NCBI GenBank assembly: GCA_014860565.1
Contig: JACZJN010000162.1
Location: 14,739 to 78,738, forward strand
DNA: 64,000 nucleotides
DNA from: Bacteroidota bacterium
GTDB taxonomy: Bacteria > Bacteroidota > Ignavibacteria > SZUA-365
Direction of reading: 5' to 3'
Shown here: positions 46,684 to 56,006 of the stretch, one piece after another
Layout: every line of letters begins with the position of its first letter
How positions within the stretch are numbered: the first letter of the stretch is position 1
Translations under genes and position numbers: made by a program
The notes under the pieces: model-generated
Seen by the model: only the letters and a program-made list of their open reading frames with translations
What the model was told of the DNA's origin: nothing
Databases searched by the model: none

Positions 46684-46690
46684 GGTCGCC

Positions 46691-47389
46691 TCACAGAATC
46701 CTTATCTTTTGTTGTTCAAGTTCCCGGACAATGCTTTCTGCTTCCGCATCGCTGAGTTTTTCAAGTACATCTTCTTGCGATAAGTAATTGAGGCTCGCGG
46801 AGACGACCGCAGAATAGGGAACATCGTCGAGTAATGTCAGATCAATTGCGGTATTCAGACTTGATGCATCGCTGGCGGAGGACGCTTCCTCGGAGATGAG
46901 TTCTCTATTGGCTGATTGCTCAAAAATCATGATATCGTCCAGCATGGGCGTAGTGGGGGATAGGTCAGCGATCCCAAGCAGATCGTTTTCATTGAACAAT
47001 CCAGAGAACAGTGCCTCCTGAGAATCCAACGTTTCCACCGATGGGAAAAGGACTATCGCGGCAATAATCAGAAGGACCGCTGTAGAAAACAAGGGGACAA
47101 AAAGAGCTGGACGGCCGATGTGGCGCAGTACAGGCCTGTAACCCCTTGCGTTTCGATCGATGCCAGCGTTTACGCCAACAAGAAAACGGCCGGGATCGGA
47201 AATACCTTCGCCAGGAATATCGCGAGTGAGAATACCGGAAAAGAACTCTCGTAGCTCACGTTCCTCAGCAGCACATGAAGAAGAGGTTGACAGATGCTCG
47301 CGCATCATACGGCTCTCCTCCGCATCGAGTTTCCCGTCGACGTAATCGGGCAGACGCCCGTCGCAGATTTTACATTCGCGTTTTGACAT
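46691..47389 (-). CDS. Anti-sigma factor with an N-terminal zinc finger (zf-HC2-like) and one TM.
   Basis: MSKRECKICDGRLPDYVDGKL...H...C matches the zf-HC2 pattern. TM ALFVPLFSTAVLLIIAAIVLF. The gene overlaps the end of the sigma gene by 20 nt. Confidence 0.65.
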   Translation of the reverse strand: MSKRECKICDGRLPDYVDGKLDAEESRMMREHLSTSSSCAAEERELREFFSGILTRDIPGEGISDPGRFLVGVNAGIDRNARGYRPVLRHIGRPALFVPLFSTAVLLIIAAIVLFPSVETLDSQEALFSGLFNENDLLGIADLSPTTPMLDDIMIFEQSANRELISEEASSASDASSLNTAIDLTLLDDVPYSAVVSASLNYLSQEDVLEKLSDAEAESIVRELEQQKIRIL

Positions 47390-47918
47390 ATTCTTCAATT
47401 TTCTTGGTGGCGTGATGATAATTTGCCTTGAGTCCACCAACCGAGGTCTTCAGTATTGTGGCAATCTCGTCGTACGAAAGTTCCTCATAATAACGGAGAA
47501 TGAACACCGCTTTCTGTTTTTCTGGTAGATGATCGACCCCGTCCCGCACGAGACGTCGCAGTTCTTCCTGTTCGAAGCTCACGGATGGAGAGGGAGAGGT
47601 GTCCTGAATCTGATGATGATCGTCGCTCATACTGAAAAACGTGCGCAAACGCCCTTTCCGTATATGGTTGAGACTGAGATTGACAGCGATGCGGTAAAGC
47701 CAGGTGAAAACCTGTGCGTCGCCGCGAAACTCGGCCACTTTCTCGTACGCCTTGATAAATACTTCCTGCGCGATATCGCGCGCGTCGTCCTGGTCGGCAA
47801 CCATTCGATGCACGACCTGGAACACGCGGTCCTGGTATTTTCGCACCAACAGGTTGAATGCGGCGCGATCTCCCTGTCGGCAGGCGTCGAGTATGTCCGT
47901 TTCGCGCGGTGGTTGCAT
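47370..47918 (-). CDS. RNA polymerase ECF-type sigma-70 factor.
   Basis: Region 2 (DIAQEVFIKAYEK, TWLYRIAVNLS) and region 4 (LSYDEIATILKTSVGGLKANYHHATKK). Confidence 0.85.
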   Translation of the reverse strand: MQPPRETDILDACRQGDRAAFNLLVRKYQDRVFQVVHRMVADQDDARDIAQEVFIKAYEKVAEFRGDAQVFTWLYRIAVNLSLNHIRKGRLRTFFSMSDDHHQIQDTSPSPSVSFEQEELRRLVRDGVDHLPEKQKAVFILRYYEELSYDEIATILKTSVGGLKANYHHATKKIEEYVKTRM

Positions 47919-47986
47919 GGATGTCGAAAAGTACGAACTGCATGATTCTGTTCCGATATGTGATTGATCACGGAACATCGGTGCTA

Positions 47987-48307
47987 TTAGAAACGTGCTC
48001 CACCGCGACGGTTTGGCATGTTGCCACCTTTTCCGCGAAACTCTTCTCTCGCCGAGAGGAATTCCTCCAACGTCACATAGCCGTCGCTGTCCTTGTCCAT
48101 ACGCTGGAAGCGGTCTTCCGGGGCGCCTCTGCGTGAGGGCATATCGCGGAATTCGTCCCAGGAAATCCGTCCGTCCCCATCCTTATCCATCCGTATGAAG
48201 AATGCTTGCGGGTCGCCTTCCGGTGGACGATCCGGCTCGGATGACGAGCACGATGCCGCAAGTACTGTAACGGGCAGTAAGAGCATGAAAAGGAAAGGAG
48301 GGCGCAT
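47987..48307 (-). CDS. EF-hand calcium-binding lipoprotein.
   Basis: Lipobox LAASCSS. Two canonical EF-hand loops, DKDGDGRISWDEF and DKDSDGYVTLEEF. Confidence 0.7.
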   Translation of the reverse strand: MRPPFLFMLLLPVTVLAASCSSSEPDRPPEGDPQAFFIRMDKDGDGRISWDEFRDMPSRRGAPEDRFQRMDKDSDGYVTLEEFLSAREEFRGKGGNMPNRRGGARF

Positions 48308-48380
48308 AGCGGTTGTTTCCTGAAATGAGCATGAACGAACACTCGGATTTGACACGAGGATCGCCTGCTGGTTTAATTCG

Positions 48381-48398
48381 AGGAAGGAAGGAAGGAAG
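48381..48398. repeat. (GGAA)4 microsatellite in the divergent intergenic region.
   Basis: Direct reading: aggaaggaaggaaggaag. Confidence 0.9.
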
Positions 48399-48531
48399 TT
48401 CCAACTGCCGGTACAGACGCCGTCGTTGTGCTCCAGTATTGCTCAAGCAGGCTGAATTGCATATTATACCTTCTTCCAAGCGCACAAATGTGAGCGCAGT
48501 GCATCAAATCTTGATCTGGTAAGCCGAGTTC

Positions 48532-50571
48532 ATGAACAACAATCGTATTCTCGTTACATCGGCGCTTCCGTATGCGAACGGCGCCATTCATTTTGGCCAT
48601 CTCGCGGGCGCGTACTTGCCTGCTGACATGTTTGTCCGCTATCAGCGGCTCATGAAAAGAGACGTGCTTTTCATTTGCGGATCGGACGAGCACGGGGTCA
48701 GCATTCTGATTTCGGCACGCAAGGAAGGTGTCGAACCACAGGTCATTATCGATCGCTACCACAATCTCAACCGGACAGCCTTCGAACGGATCGGCATGAG
48801 TTTCGACAATTATTCGCGAACCTCTCTGCCCGTGCATCATGAAACCGCGCGTGAATGGTTTGTGGAATTCCGCGACAAAGGTGTTCTGACGCAGAGCGTT
48901 GAGAAGCAGTTGTATGATCCCGAAGCGCGGATGTTTTTACCGGACCGCTTCGTCATCGGCACATGCCCGCACTGCGGATATGAGCGCGCATACGGGGATC
49001 AGTGTGAAAATTGCAGTAAATACTACGATCAGACCGAGCTGCTCAATCCGAAGAGCCTCCTCAGCGATGCCGTCCCTGAAATTCGCGAAGCACGACACTG
49101 GCATTTTCCGCTCGGGGACTATCAACAGCGGCTGGAGGAATACATTGAAAAGAATGCCGGTCGCTGGAAGGAGAACGTGCTTCAACAAGTGCGCTCCTGG
49201 TTGAAGAGCGGGTTGAGTGACCGTCCTATCTCACGCGATATGGACTGGGGTATCAAAGTACCTGGCGAGGAAGATGAGGGAAAAGTGATTTACGTATGGT
49301 TCGAAGCCGTGCTTGGATACATCTCTTCGAGCAAGGAATGGGCCGCTCGAATCGGCGAACCGGAGAAGTGGAAAGAGTACTGGTGCAGTGAGGACACGCG
49401 CTATGTGCCCTTCATCGGCAAGGATAATATCGTCTTCCATTGCCTGATGTTTCCCGCGATGCTCATGGAGAAGGGCGGTTACGTGCTCCCGGATAACGTT
49501 CCCGCAAACGAGTTTCTGAATCTTGAGGGAAAGAAATTCAGCAAGAGTATGAACTGGTCGATCGAGCTCAATGAGTTTCTCGACACATACCCCGCTGATC
49601 CGCTCCGCTACACCCTCGCGATGAACATGCCCGAAACGCGTGACAGCGACTTTTTCTGGAAGGATTTTCAGGCGAGGAACAACAATGAACTTGCGGACAT
49701 CCTCGGAAACTTCGTGAACCGAACGGTGCACTTCGCGCATAAGAATTTCGGCGGAAAGGTGCCGGCGGCTGCGGAGCTCGATGAGGAAGACCGCCTCTTT
49801 CTTGAACAATTTTCGACGATCGCGGATCAGGTCGGGGACTGCTATGAGCGCTACCGCTTCAGGGATGCCGTGACGGCCACCATGAATCTTGCCCGTGCCG
49901 CAAACAAATACTTCAACGACAGGGAACCGTGGAAGTCCATCAAAACAGACGCTCAAAAATGCGCAAATACAGTCAACTGTAGTCTGCAGGCGGTGTACGC
50001 TCTCTCCATTCTCATTGAACCGGTGCTTCCGTTTACCGCGCAGAAGCTGCGGCAACTGCTTAGCGTGAGCGATCCCAAGGCCTTGGCCTGGGACGCTGTC
50101 AAGAGCTGGCGTCTGCCGGATGGACATCCCATCGGAGAACGTGTCATCCTCTTTGATAAAATCGAGGACGCGACGATAGACGATGAAACGGCGAAGCTGG
50201 GAAAACTTACCGAGCTGCCGGAGCGTCACTTCCCGCCACTCAAGGAACAGATCACGATCGACGACTTCATGAAAATTGATCTGAGGGTCGGGAAAATACT
50301 TGAAGCGGAGAATGTGCCCAAGTCGAACAAGCTGCTCAAACTGAAAGTGGATATCGGTTCGGAGCATCGGCAGCTCGTTGCCGGGATTGCTGCGCAGTAT
50401 ACGCCAGAGGATCTGATTGGCAAGCACATTGTCATTGTTGCGAACCTGAAACCTGCCAAATTATTCGGCATAGAATCGCAGGGAATGATATTGGCGGCAT
50501 CAACTGAAGAGGATGGCCCTGTTGTGCTTACTCCCGCCGTGTTGATCCCCGAAGGAGCCATCGTCAAGTGA
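48532..50571 (+). CDS. metG: Methionine--tRNA ligase with a C-terminal EMAP-like tRNA-binding domain.
   Basis: The HIGH motif region reads ALPYANGAIHFGHL. Zn-knuckle CPHCGYERAYGDQCENC. KMSKS-type loop KFSKSMNW. Confidence 0.95.
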   Translation: MNNNRILVTSALPYANGAIHFGHLAGAYLPADMFVRYQRLMKRDVLFICGSDEHGVSILISARKEGVEPQVIIDRYHNLNRTAFERIGMSFDNYSRTSLPVHHETAREWFVEFRDKGVLTQSVEKQLYDPEARMFLPDRFVIGTCPHCGYERAYGDQCENCSKYYDQTELLNPKSLLSDAVPEIREARHWHFPLGDYQQRLEEYIEKNAGRWKENVLQQVRSWLKSGLSDRPISRDMDWGIKVPGEEDEGKVIYVWFEAVLGYISSSKEWAARIGEPEKWKEYWCSEDTRYVPFIGKDNIVFHCLMFPAMLMEKGGYVLPDNVPANEFLNLEGKKFSKSMNWSIELNEFLDTYPADPLRYTLAMNMPETRDSDFFWKDFQARNNNELADILGNFVNRTVHFAHKNFGGKVPAAAELDEEDRLFLEQFSTIADQVGDCYERYRFRDAVTATMNLARAANKYFNDREPWKSIKTDAQKCANTVNCSLQAVYALSILIEPVLPFTAQKLRQLLSVSDPKALAWDAVKSWRLPDGHPIGERVILFDKIEDATIDDETAKLGKLTELPERHFPPLKEQITIDDFMKIDLRVGKILEAENVPKSNKLLKLKVDIGSEHRQLVAGIAAQYTPEDLIGKHIVIVANLKPAKLFGIESQGMILAASTEEDGPVVLTPAVLIPEGAIVK

Positions 50572-51089
50572 CATTCCGTCGTCATATCGCTCACGCCATT
50601 CCGCTCTTGTTTCCAATGCTTGCTGCCTTCGCCGTAACCCTGTATCTCAGCGCCTGCGACGATCACGGGCTCTCCCCGGTAAGCGCGGTCGAGACCCCGG
50701 GGTTCAGCGGAACGATCACGGTGCGCAGCACGTGGCCGCCGCAAGACAGTGTTATGGATCTCCGCATCGCAGCCTTCCGGAACTATCCACCGAAGGATAT
50801 CCTCTCCGAAATAATAAATGGGTCAGCTGTCTTTAGTGATGAACTGCCCTACGGAGTGGATACCCTCAACTACCGCGTGCAAGGCGCTGAGCTGAACGGG
50901 CCATTCGCATACGTCGTAGTTGCACAGAATTATGGTCCGGATCCATTCATGCAATGGAGGGCCGTCGGCGTATACACGCTCCTGGGTGACGTCGCTTCGC
51001 CGAGCCCCATTGATCTCGGATCGGGCCGTTTCATCAGAGGCATTGACGTTGAGGTAGATTTTATCAATCTTCCTCCGCAGCCCTTTTAA
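50568..51089 (+). CDS. Hypothetical lipoprotein.
   Basis: GTG start overlaps the metG stop. Lipobox LYLSAC. 173 aa with no recognisable motif. Confidence 0.45.
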   Translation: MTFRRHIAHAIPLLFPMLAAFAVTLYLSACDDHGLSPVSAVETPGFSGTITVRSTWPPQDSVMDLRIAAFRNYPPKDILSEIINGSAVFSDELPYGVDTLNYRVQGAELNGPFAYVVVAQNYGPDPFMQWRAVGVYTLLGDVASPSPIDLGSGRFIRGIDVEVDFINLPPQPF

Positions 51090-51191
51090 TCCAAAACTCA
51101 CACATCTCGGGATGTGGCTCTCTTGCACGCAGGAGGGCATTTTCGTAGTTTCCGTAAACCTGCATTCCTTGTCCATCAAATCAAGAATACT

Positions 51192-53711
51192 ATGAAAGCT
51201 GTCATCATGGCAGGCGGATTCGGCACTCGGTTACGTCCGCTCACCTGCAACATTCCCAAACCCATGGTACCGATGGTAAACCGGCCCATGATGCTCCACA
51301 TTGTGGACCTGTTGAAGAAACACGGATTCTCCGACATCATCTCCCTGCTCTTCTACCATCCGAACGTGATCAGAAATTTCTTTGGTGAAGGGAAAGAGTT
51401 CGGCATCAACATGCATTACACCCATGCGGAAGCCGATTTCGGAACGGCTGGAAGTGTACGCAATGCCTCCGACAAGATAGGAAAGGACCGCGTCCTCATT
51501 ATAAGTGGTGACGTGCTTACTGATTTTGATCTGGGCGAAGCCATCCGTTTCCATGAAGAAAAGGGCGCGGACGCCACGATCGTACTTACGCGTGTGCCAA
51601 ACCCACTGCAATTTGGCGTGGTGATCGTTGATGACGAGGGAAACATCACTCGGTTTCTCGAGAAGCCCTCTTGGGGCGAGGTGTTCAGTGACACGATCAA
51701 CACAGGGATTTACATTTTAGAAAACAGCGTTCTCGAGATGATTCCCTACAAGGAGGATTACGACTTCAGCAAGAACCTCTTTCCGCTCATGATGCAGGAA
51801 GGGAAGAAGCTGTGCGGCTACATCTCGGAAGGGTACTGGAGAGACGTGGGGAACCTTGGGGAGTATCACGAAGCCAGCATGGATTGCCTGACCGGAGCTG
51901 TCGACGTTGTGATCGACGGGACAAAGGAGGGCGAAGTGTACGTCGGTGAGGGGAGCACCGTTCCTGTCGAACGGCCGCATTGGAGCGGACGCGTCGTGAT
52001 TGGACGCAATGCGCGCGTTGCAGACTCGGCAAAGCTAATAAACAGCGTCATCGGCGATAATGTGACGATTCATGACGGTGCCGTGATCTTGAATTCCGTG
52101 ATCTGGGATGGCTGCACGCTCGAGCAATCGGTGCAGATTTCAAATTCCGTCGTTGGTTTCGATTCGATCCTGCACGCTGGAGCAACAGTAGCGGATAATG
52201 TTTTCATCAGTGATCGATGCAGTATCGGCAAGGATGCCTCTCTGCTTTCCAATATCAAGCTGTGGCCCGAGAAGGTGGTGCAGGAGGGAGCGGTACTGAC
52301 CAAGTCTCTTGTCTGGGAGGACAAATGGCTTCGCGAGCTGTTCGCTGACGCCCGTATCACGGGGACTTCGAACATTGAGATCAATCCGGAATTCGGGGCC
52401 AAGCTGGGAGCCTGCCTGGGCGCAGTGCTTGGGGTAGGCAGCCAGGTGCTGGCCTCTCGTGATCCTGATAATGCCTCGCGCATGATCAAGCGTGCGATAG
52501 CCTGTGGACTGATGTCTTCAGGTGTTAACGTGCATGATATGCAGACGACAGCCATCCCCATGCTCCGGCAGGTCTTGCGTAGCGGCAAGTATATGGCCGG
52601 CTTTCATGTCCGTAAATCCCCATTTGACAAGCGGTCGATGGATATTATCTTCTTCGATGCTGACGGGCAGGATCTTTCGAGCAAGCGGACCAAGGCGATC
52701 GAACGCCAGTTTTTCTCCGAAGATTTCCAGCGCGCCGATTATGATACAATCGGGTCGTTGTACTTCCCGGAGCGTACGACGGAAGCTTACCGCGAACGCT
52801 TCCTTTCAACACTGAACCATGAGCTTGTTTCAAGCAAATCGTTCAACATCGTCATTGATTATTCCTACGGCATCGCTTCGTCGATTTTCCCGAATATTCT
52901 CGGGAAGCTCGGAGCAGAAGTAATTTCACTCAACGCATACATCGACCGGACGCGGCTGACCCGCTCTCGAGAAGAATTTTCTGCCGCGTGCCAACACGTA
53001 TCCGGCATCGTGCGTTCACTGAGCAACGTGCTCGGGATTCTTCTCGATGCAGGGGCGGAGAAAGTTTTTCTCGCAGATGAGACCGGAAACTTCCTCGATG
53101 AGGATCGAGTGGCAACTGTCATCACCAAGCTCTTCCTCGAAGCACGCCGGCTGCAAGAGCACCCCGTCAGGAAAATGGCCTGTCCTATCGTGGCCTCCGC
53201 CGAGATGGATGTACTGGCCGAGGAGTATGGCGTTACGCTGGTGCGAACACCGAACACTCACGGGGGCATGATGAATGCCGTCCTCGCTGATCCGGAGCTG
53301 GATTTCGTTGCAGGAACAAGAGGCGGTTTCATTTTCCCGGAATTCCTCTTTGCTACCGATGCCATGTACAGTGTGGCAAAGATTCTGGAAATGATGGCAA
53401 TCACAGGGTGGCGCATCGGCGAAGTCGACCGCAGCTTGCTGCGCCTCTGCCGCGCATCGCGCACGATCAACTGTCCATGGCAGGCCAAGGGGCGTGTCAT
53501 GCGCTTCGCGATGAATGCCTCCGAGCAACACGAGCGTCAGCTGATCGACGGGATCAAGATTCTGTTCGCCCGCCATACATGGGTTCTCCTCGTCCCCAGC
53601 AAAGAGCACGAGGTTTTCATGGTTTATACCGAGGCGACCACACAGGAAGAAGCCGATCGATTGGCATCCGAGTATGAGGAAAAAGTTGTTCAATGGCGCG
53701 ATAATGCGTAA
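51192..53711 (+). CDS. Bifunctional sugar-1-phosphate nucleotidyltransferase (mannose-1-P guanylyltransferase-like, with a left-handed β-helix) fused to a phosphomannomutase/phosphoglucomutase domain.
   Basis: The N-terminus MKAVIMAGGFGTRLRPLT is the NTP-transferase G-loop. The middle shows hexapeptide repeats. The C-terminal half has the α-D-phosphohexomutase fold, but the canonical phosphoserine loop is not clearly seen. Confidence 0.75.
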   Translation: MKAVIMAGGFGTRLRPLTCNIPKPMVPMVNRPMMLHIVDLLKKHGFSDIISLLFYHPNVIRNFFGEGKEFGINMHYTHAEADFGTAGSVRNASDKIGKDRVLIISGDVLTDFDLGEAIRFHEEKGADATIVLTRVPNPLQFGVVIVDDEGNITRFLEKPSWGEVFSDTINTGIYILENSVLEMIPYKEDYDFSKNLFPLMMQEGKKLCGYISEGYWRDVGNLGEYHEASMDCLTGAVDVVIDGTKEGEVYVGEGSTVPVERPHWSGRVVIGRNARVADSAKLINSVIGDNVTIHDGAVILNSVIWDGCTLEQSVQISNSVVGFDSILHAGATVADNVFISDRCSIGKDASLLSNIKLWPEKVVQEGAVLTKSLVWEDKWLRELFADARITGTSNIEINPEFGAKLGACLGAVLGVGSQVLASRDPDNASRMIKRAIACGLMSSGVNVHDMQTTAIPMLRQVLRSGKYMAGFHVRKSPFDKRSMDIIFFDADGQDLSSKRTKAIERQFFSEDFQRADYDTIGSLYFPERTTEAYRERFLSTLNHELVSSKSFNIVIDYSYGIASSIFPNILGKLGAEVISLNAYIDRTRLTRSREEFSAACQHVSGIVRSLSNVLGILLDAGAEKVFLADETGNFLDEDRVATVITKLFLEARRLQEHPVRKMACPIVASAEMDVLAEEYGVTLVRTPNTHGGMMNAVLADPELDFVAGTRGGFIFPEFLFATDAMYSVAKILEMMAITGWRIGEVDRSLLRLCRASRTINCPWQAKGRVMRFAMNASEQHERQLIDGIKILFARHTWVLLVPSKEHEVFMVYTEATTQEEADRLASEYEEKVVQWRDNA

Positions 53712-53756
53712 ATTTGAAGGACATATCTCGTCACCGAACAACAGACCCCCTTTTCT

Positions 53757-54227
53757 ATGAAAATTACCAGCATTCTGACGGAAGACCTGATTCAGGTCAA
53801 TATTCCCGGGGAGACCAAAGACGATGTCATTAATGCCATCATCGATCTCGCCATGAAATCTCAGAAGATCAAGGATATCGATAAAGTTCGTCAGGCAATT
53901 TTCGAGAGGGAAAAGATCATGTCGACGGGAGTGGGCAAGGGATTCGCCATTCCGCACGGAAAGACGGATGCCGTGTCTGACATCGTTGCCGCGTTCGGTG
54001 TCACCCAGAAACCGATCGATTATCAGTCCCTCGATCACGAACCTGTCCGCCTGTTGTTTCTTCTGATAGGGAAAGACAGCCTTGTCGGCGCGCATATCAA
54101 GCTCCTCAGCCGTATTTCAAGACTGATGAACAAGGAAGAGTTGCGCACTCGGCTCATGCATGCGGAGTCCTCAACTGAAATCCTTGAAATCCTCCGTGAG
54201 GAGGAATTGAATTATCTGGACGTGTAA
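53757..54227 (+). CDS. ptsN: PTS EIIA type-2 (EIIA-Ntr / PtsN-like) regulatory protein.
   Basis: 156 aa. The active-site region GKGFAIPHGK contains the phosphorylatable His. Confidence 0.7.
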   Translation: MKITSILTEDLIQVNIPGETKDDVINAIIDLAMKSQKIKDIDKVRQAIFEREKIMSTGVGKGFAIPHGKTDAVSDIVAAFGVTQKPIDYQSLDHEPVRLLFLLIGKDSLVGAHIKLLSRISRLMNKEELRTRLMHAESSTEILEILREEELNYLDV

Positions 54228-54266
54228 TCCCTGCACAGCAGTGTCGCGTTCAATGTTATCGAAATG

Positions 54267-54296
54267 AAGGCATGCCCCTGGCGTGCCTTTTTGTTA
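54267..54296 (+). terminator. Intrinsic terminator after ptsN.
   Basis: GGCATGCC-CCT-GGCGTGCC stem with one G·U pair, followed by TTTTTG. Confidence 0.55.
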
Positions 54297-54324
54297 CCTC
54301 CGAACATTGTATCTGGAATGAGAC

Positions 54325-55590
54325 ATGGCCTACAAGTCGGTTAAAGGAACAAAAGATTTACTCCCGCAGGATACTCTTGCCTGGCAGCACGTGGAACAGG
54401 TGATCCGGACGGTGATGGAGTCGTACCGATACGGAGAAATCCGAACTCCCATTTTCGAAGAAACTGCTGTCTTTGCCCGCGGCATCGGCGAGGAAACAGA
54501 TATCGTCGGAAAGGAAATGTACACGTTTGTCGACAAGGGCGGGAGCAGTCTCACACTACGGCCCGAAATGACGGCGCCGGTTATTCGGTCGTATATTCAG
54601 CACAGCATGGGTGAGCAATCATCCCTCAACAAGCTGTATTATATCGGACCGATGTTCCGGCAGGAACGCCCCCAGGCGGGACGCTTCCGTCAATTTCACC
54701 AGTTTGGCTTCGAGTGCATCGGGCAACAGGCTCCTGAATGCGATGCGGAAATAATTGCGATCGCCGCGAGTATCTACCAGCGTCTTGGCATATCCTATTC
54801 ACTGAAATTGAATTCTGTAGGGGATCCCTTCTGTCGCCCGAGATACAAAGAAGCGCTGCAGGACTTCCTGCGCGGCGTCTACGACCACCTTTCGCCGGAA
54901 AGTCAGCGCAGGACGGATACCAACCCCATGCGTGTGCTCGACTCGAAGGATGAGCGGGACCAGGTAGCGACGGCCAATGCACCGGTCATTCTCGATTACC
55001 TCTCGGATGAATCCCGCGCACATTTCGACAGGACGTGCGCGTTGCTCGACGAGCTCGGGATATCCTACACCCTCGATCCGAGACTGGTCCGAGGACTCGA
55101 TTATTATACCATGACTGCGTTTGAATTCGTCAGCACGGATCTCGGATCGCAGGACGCACTTGGGGGTGGAGGTCGTTACGACGGACTCGTGGAACAGCTT
55201 GGCGGGAAGCATACGCCTGCGGTTGGGTTCGCGGCGGGGATGGAGCGGTTGCTTATCGTGATGGAGAAAAATGGTTACGTCTTCCCGTCTTCAGCCCCGT
55301 CGGTCTACCTGGTGGGTATGGATGATGCCTCACGCGCTTGGGCGTTCCGTTCAGCGATTGATTTGCGTACGAAAGGTATCGCAACGGAACTTGACTACGC
55401 CGGTCGCAGTCTCAAGGCACAGATGCGCGAAGCGAATAAACTGGCGTGCACGTTCGTCGCCATCGTAGGAGAGAGCGAAATGGCTGCCGGGCAAGCGCAA
55501 GTGAAGGACATGCGAAAGGGCACTCAGGAGTCCGTTGAGTTTTCCCGTCTCGCTGACTACTTTACCAAAGATACTGAAAACGCATTCTGA
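54325..55590 (+). CDS. hisS: Histidine--tRNA ligase.
   Basis: Class II motifs are present (motif 2 FRQERPQAGRFRQFHQFGFE). Motif 3 reads GGGRYDGL. The C-terminal anticodon-binding domain is also present. Confidence 0.95.
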   Translation: MAYKSVKGTKDLLPQDTLAWQHVEQVIRTVMESYRYGEIRTPIFEETAVFARGIGEETDIVGKEMYTFVDKGGSSLTLRPEMTAPVIRSYIQHSMGEQSSLNKLYYIGPMFRQERPQAGRFRQFHQFGFECIGQQAPECDAEIIAIAASIYQRLGISYSLKLNSVGDPFCRPRYKEALQDFLRGVYDHLSPESQRRTDTNPMRVLDSKDERDQVATANAPVILDYLSDESRAHFDRTCALLDELGISYTLDPRLVRGLDYYTMTAFEFVSTDLGSQDALGGGGRYDGLVEQLGGKHTPAVGFAAGMERLLIVMEKNGYVFPSSAPSVYLVGMDDASRAWAFRSAIDLRTKGIATELDYAGRSLKAQMREANKLACTFVAIVGESEMAAGQAQVKDMRKGTQESVEFSRLADYFTKDTENAF

Positions 55591-55604
55591 AATACGGAGG
55601 AACG

Positions 55605-56006
55605 ATGTTTCCGCGCATAGACAAGGGACCGATAGAATATTCCGTGGAAGTGTTCCCTGCGTACAGTGTGGAGAAGCAACGTGATTGCATCAGGTTTCGA
55701 TTTCGTACAACGGAAGAGTTCAATCATTTCCAGTATCATATCGCCATCGAAAACAAGCACGAAAAAGGACGGCTCGTCTTTGCACTCAGGGGGCTTAAGG
55801 CGAAAGGGTTGCTCCCAAGTGTCGGAGTCGCTGAAACATCGGTGGACCTGTTCGATCTATCGGGAAGCTACGATGTTTCCGTCATCAAGCCGGGTGATAT
55901 CACCAACAGTTTCCGGATAAGCGTCGGAGAAAATGGCCCTCGCCTGTTGAAGGAACTAGGCGAAGGCGATCAATTTCTACAAGTCTTCATTAGTAACGAT
56001 AAATAA
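55605..56006 (+). CDS. Hypothetical protein.
   Basis: 133 aa with no signal peptide or motif. Its stop overlaps the start of the M16-like gene by 1 nt. Confidence 0.4.
   Translation: MFPRIDKGPIEYSVEVFPAYSVEKQRDCIRFRFRTTEEFNHFQYHIAIENKHEKGRLVFALRGLKAKGLLPSVGVAETSVDLFDLSGSYDVSVIKPGDITNSFRISVGENGPRLLKELGEGDQFLQVFISNDK

Noticed and set aside
49231-50427. 398-aa minus-strand ORF.
   Set aside because: It is antisense to metG, which is unambiguous on the plus strand.
53016-54095. 359-aa minus-strand ORF.
   Set aside because: It is antisense to the NTP-transferase/PMM gene and to ptsN.
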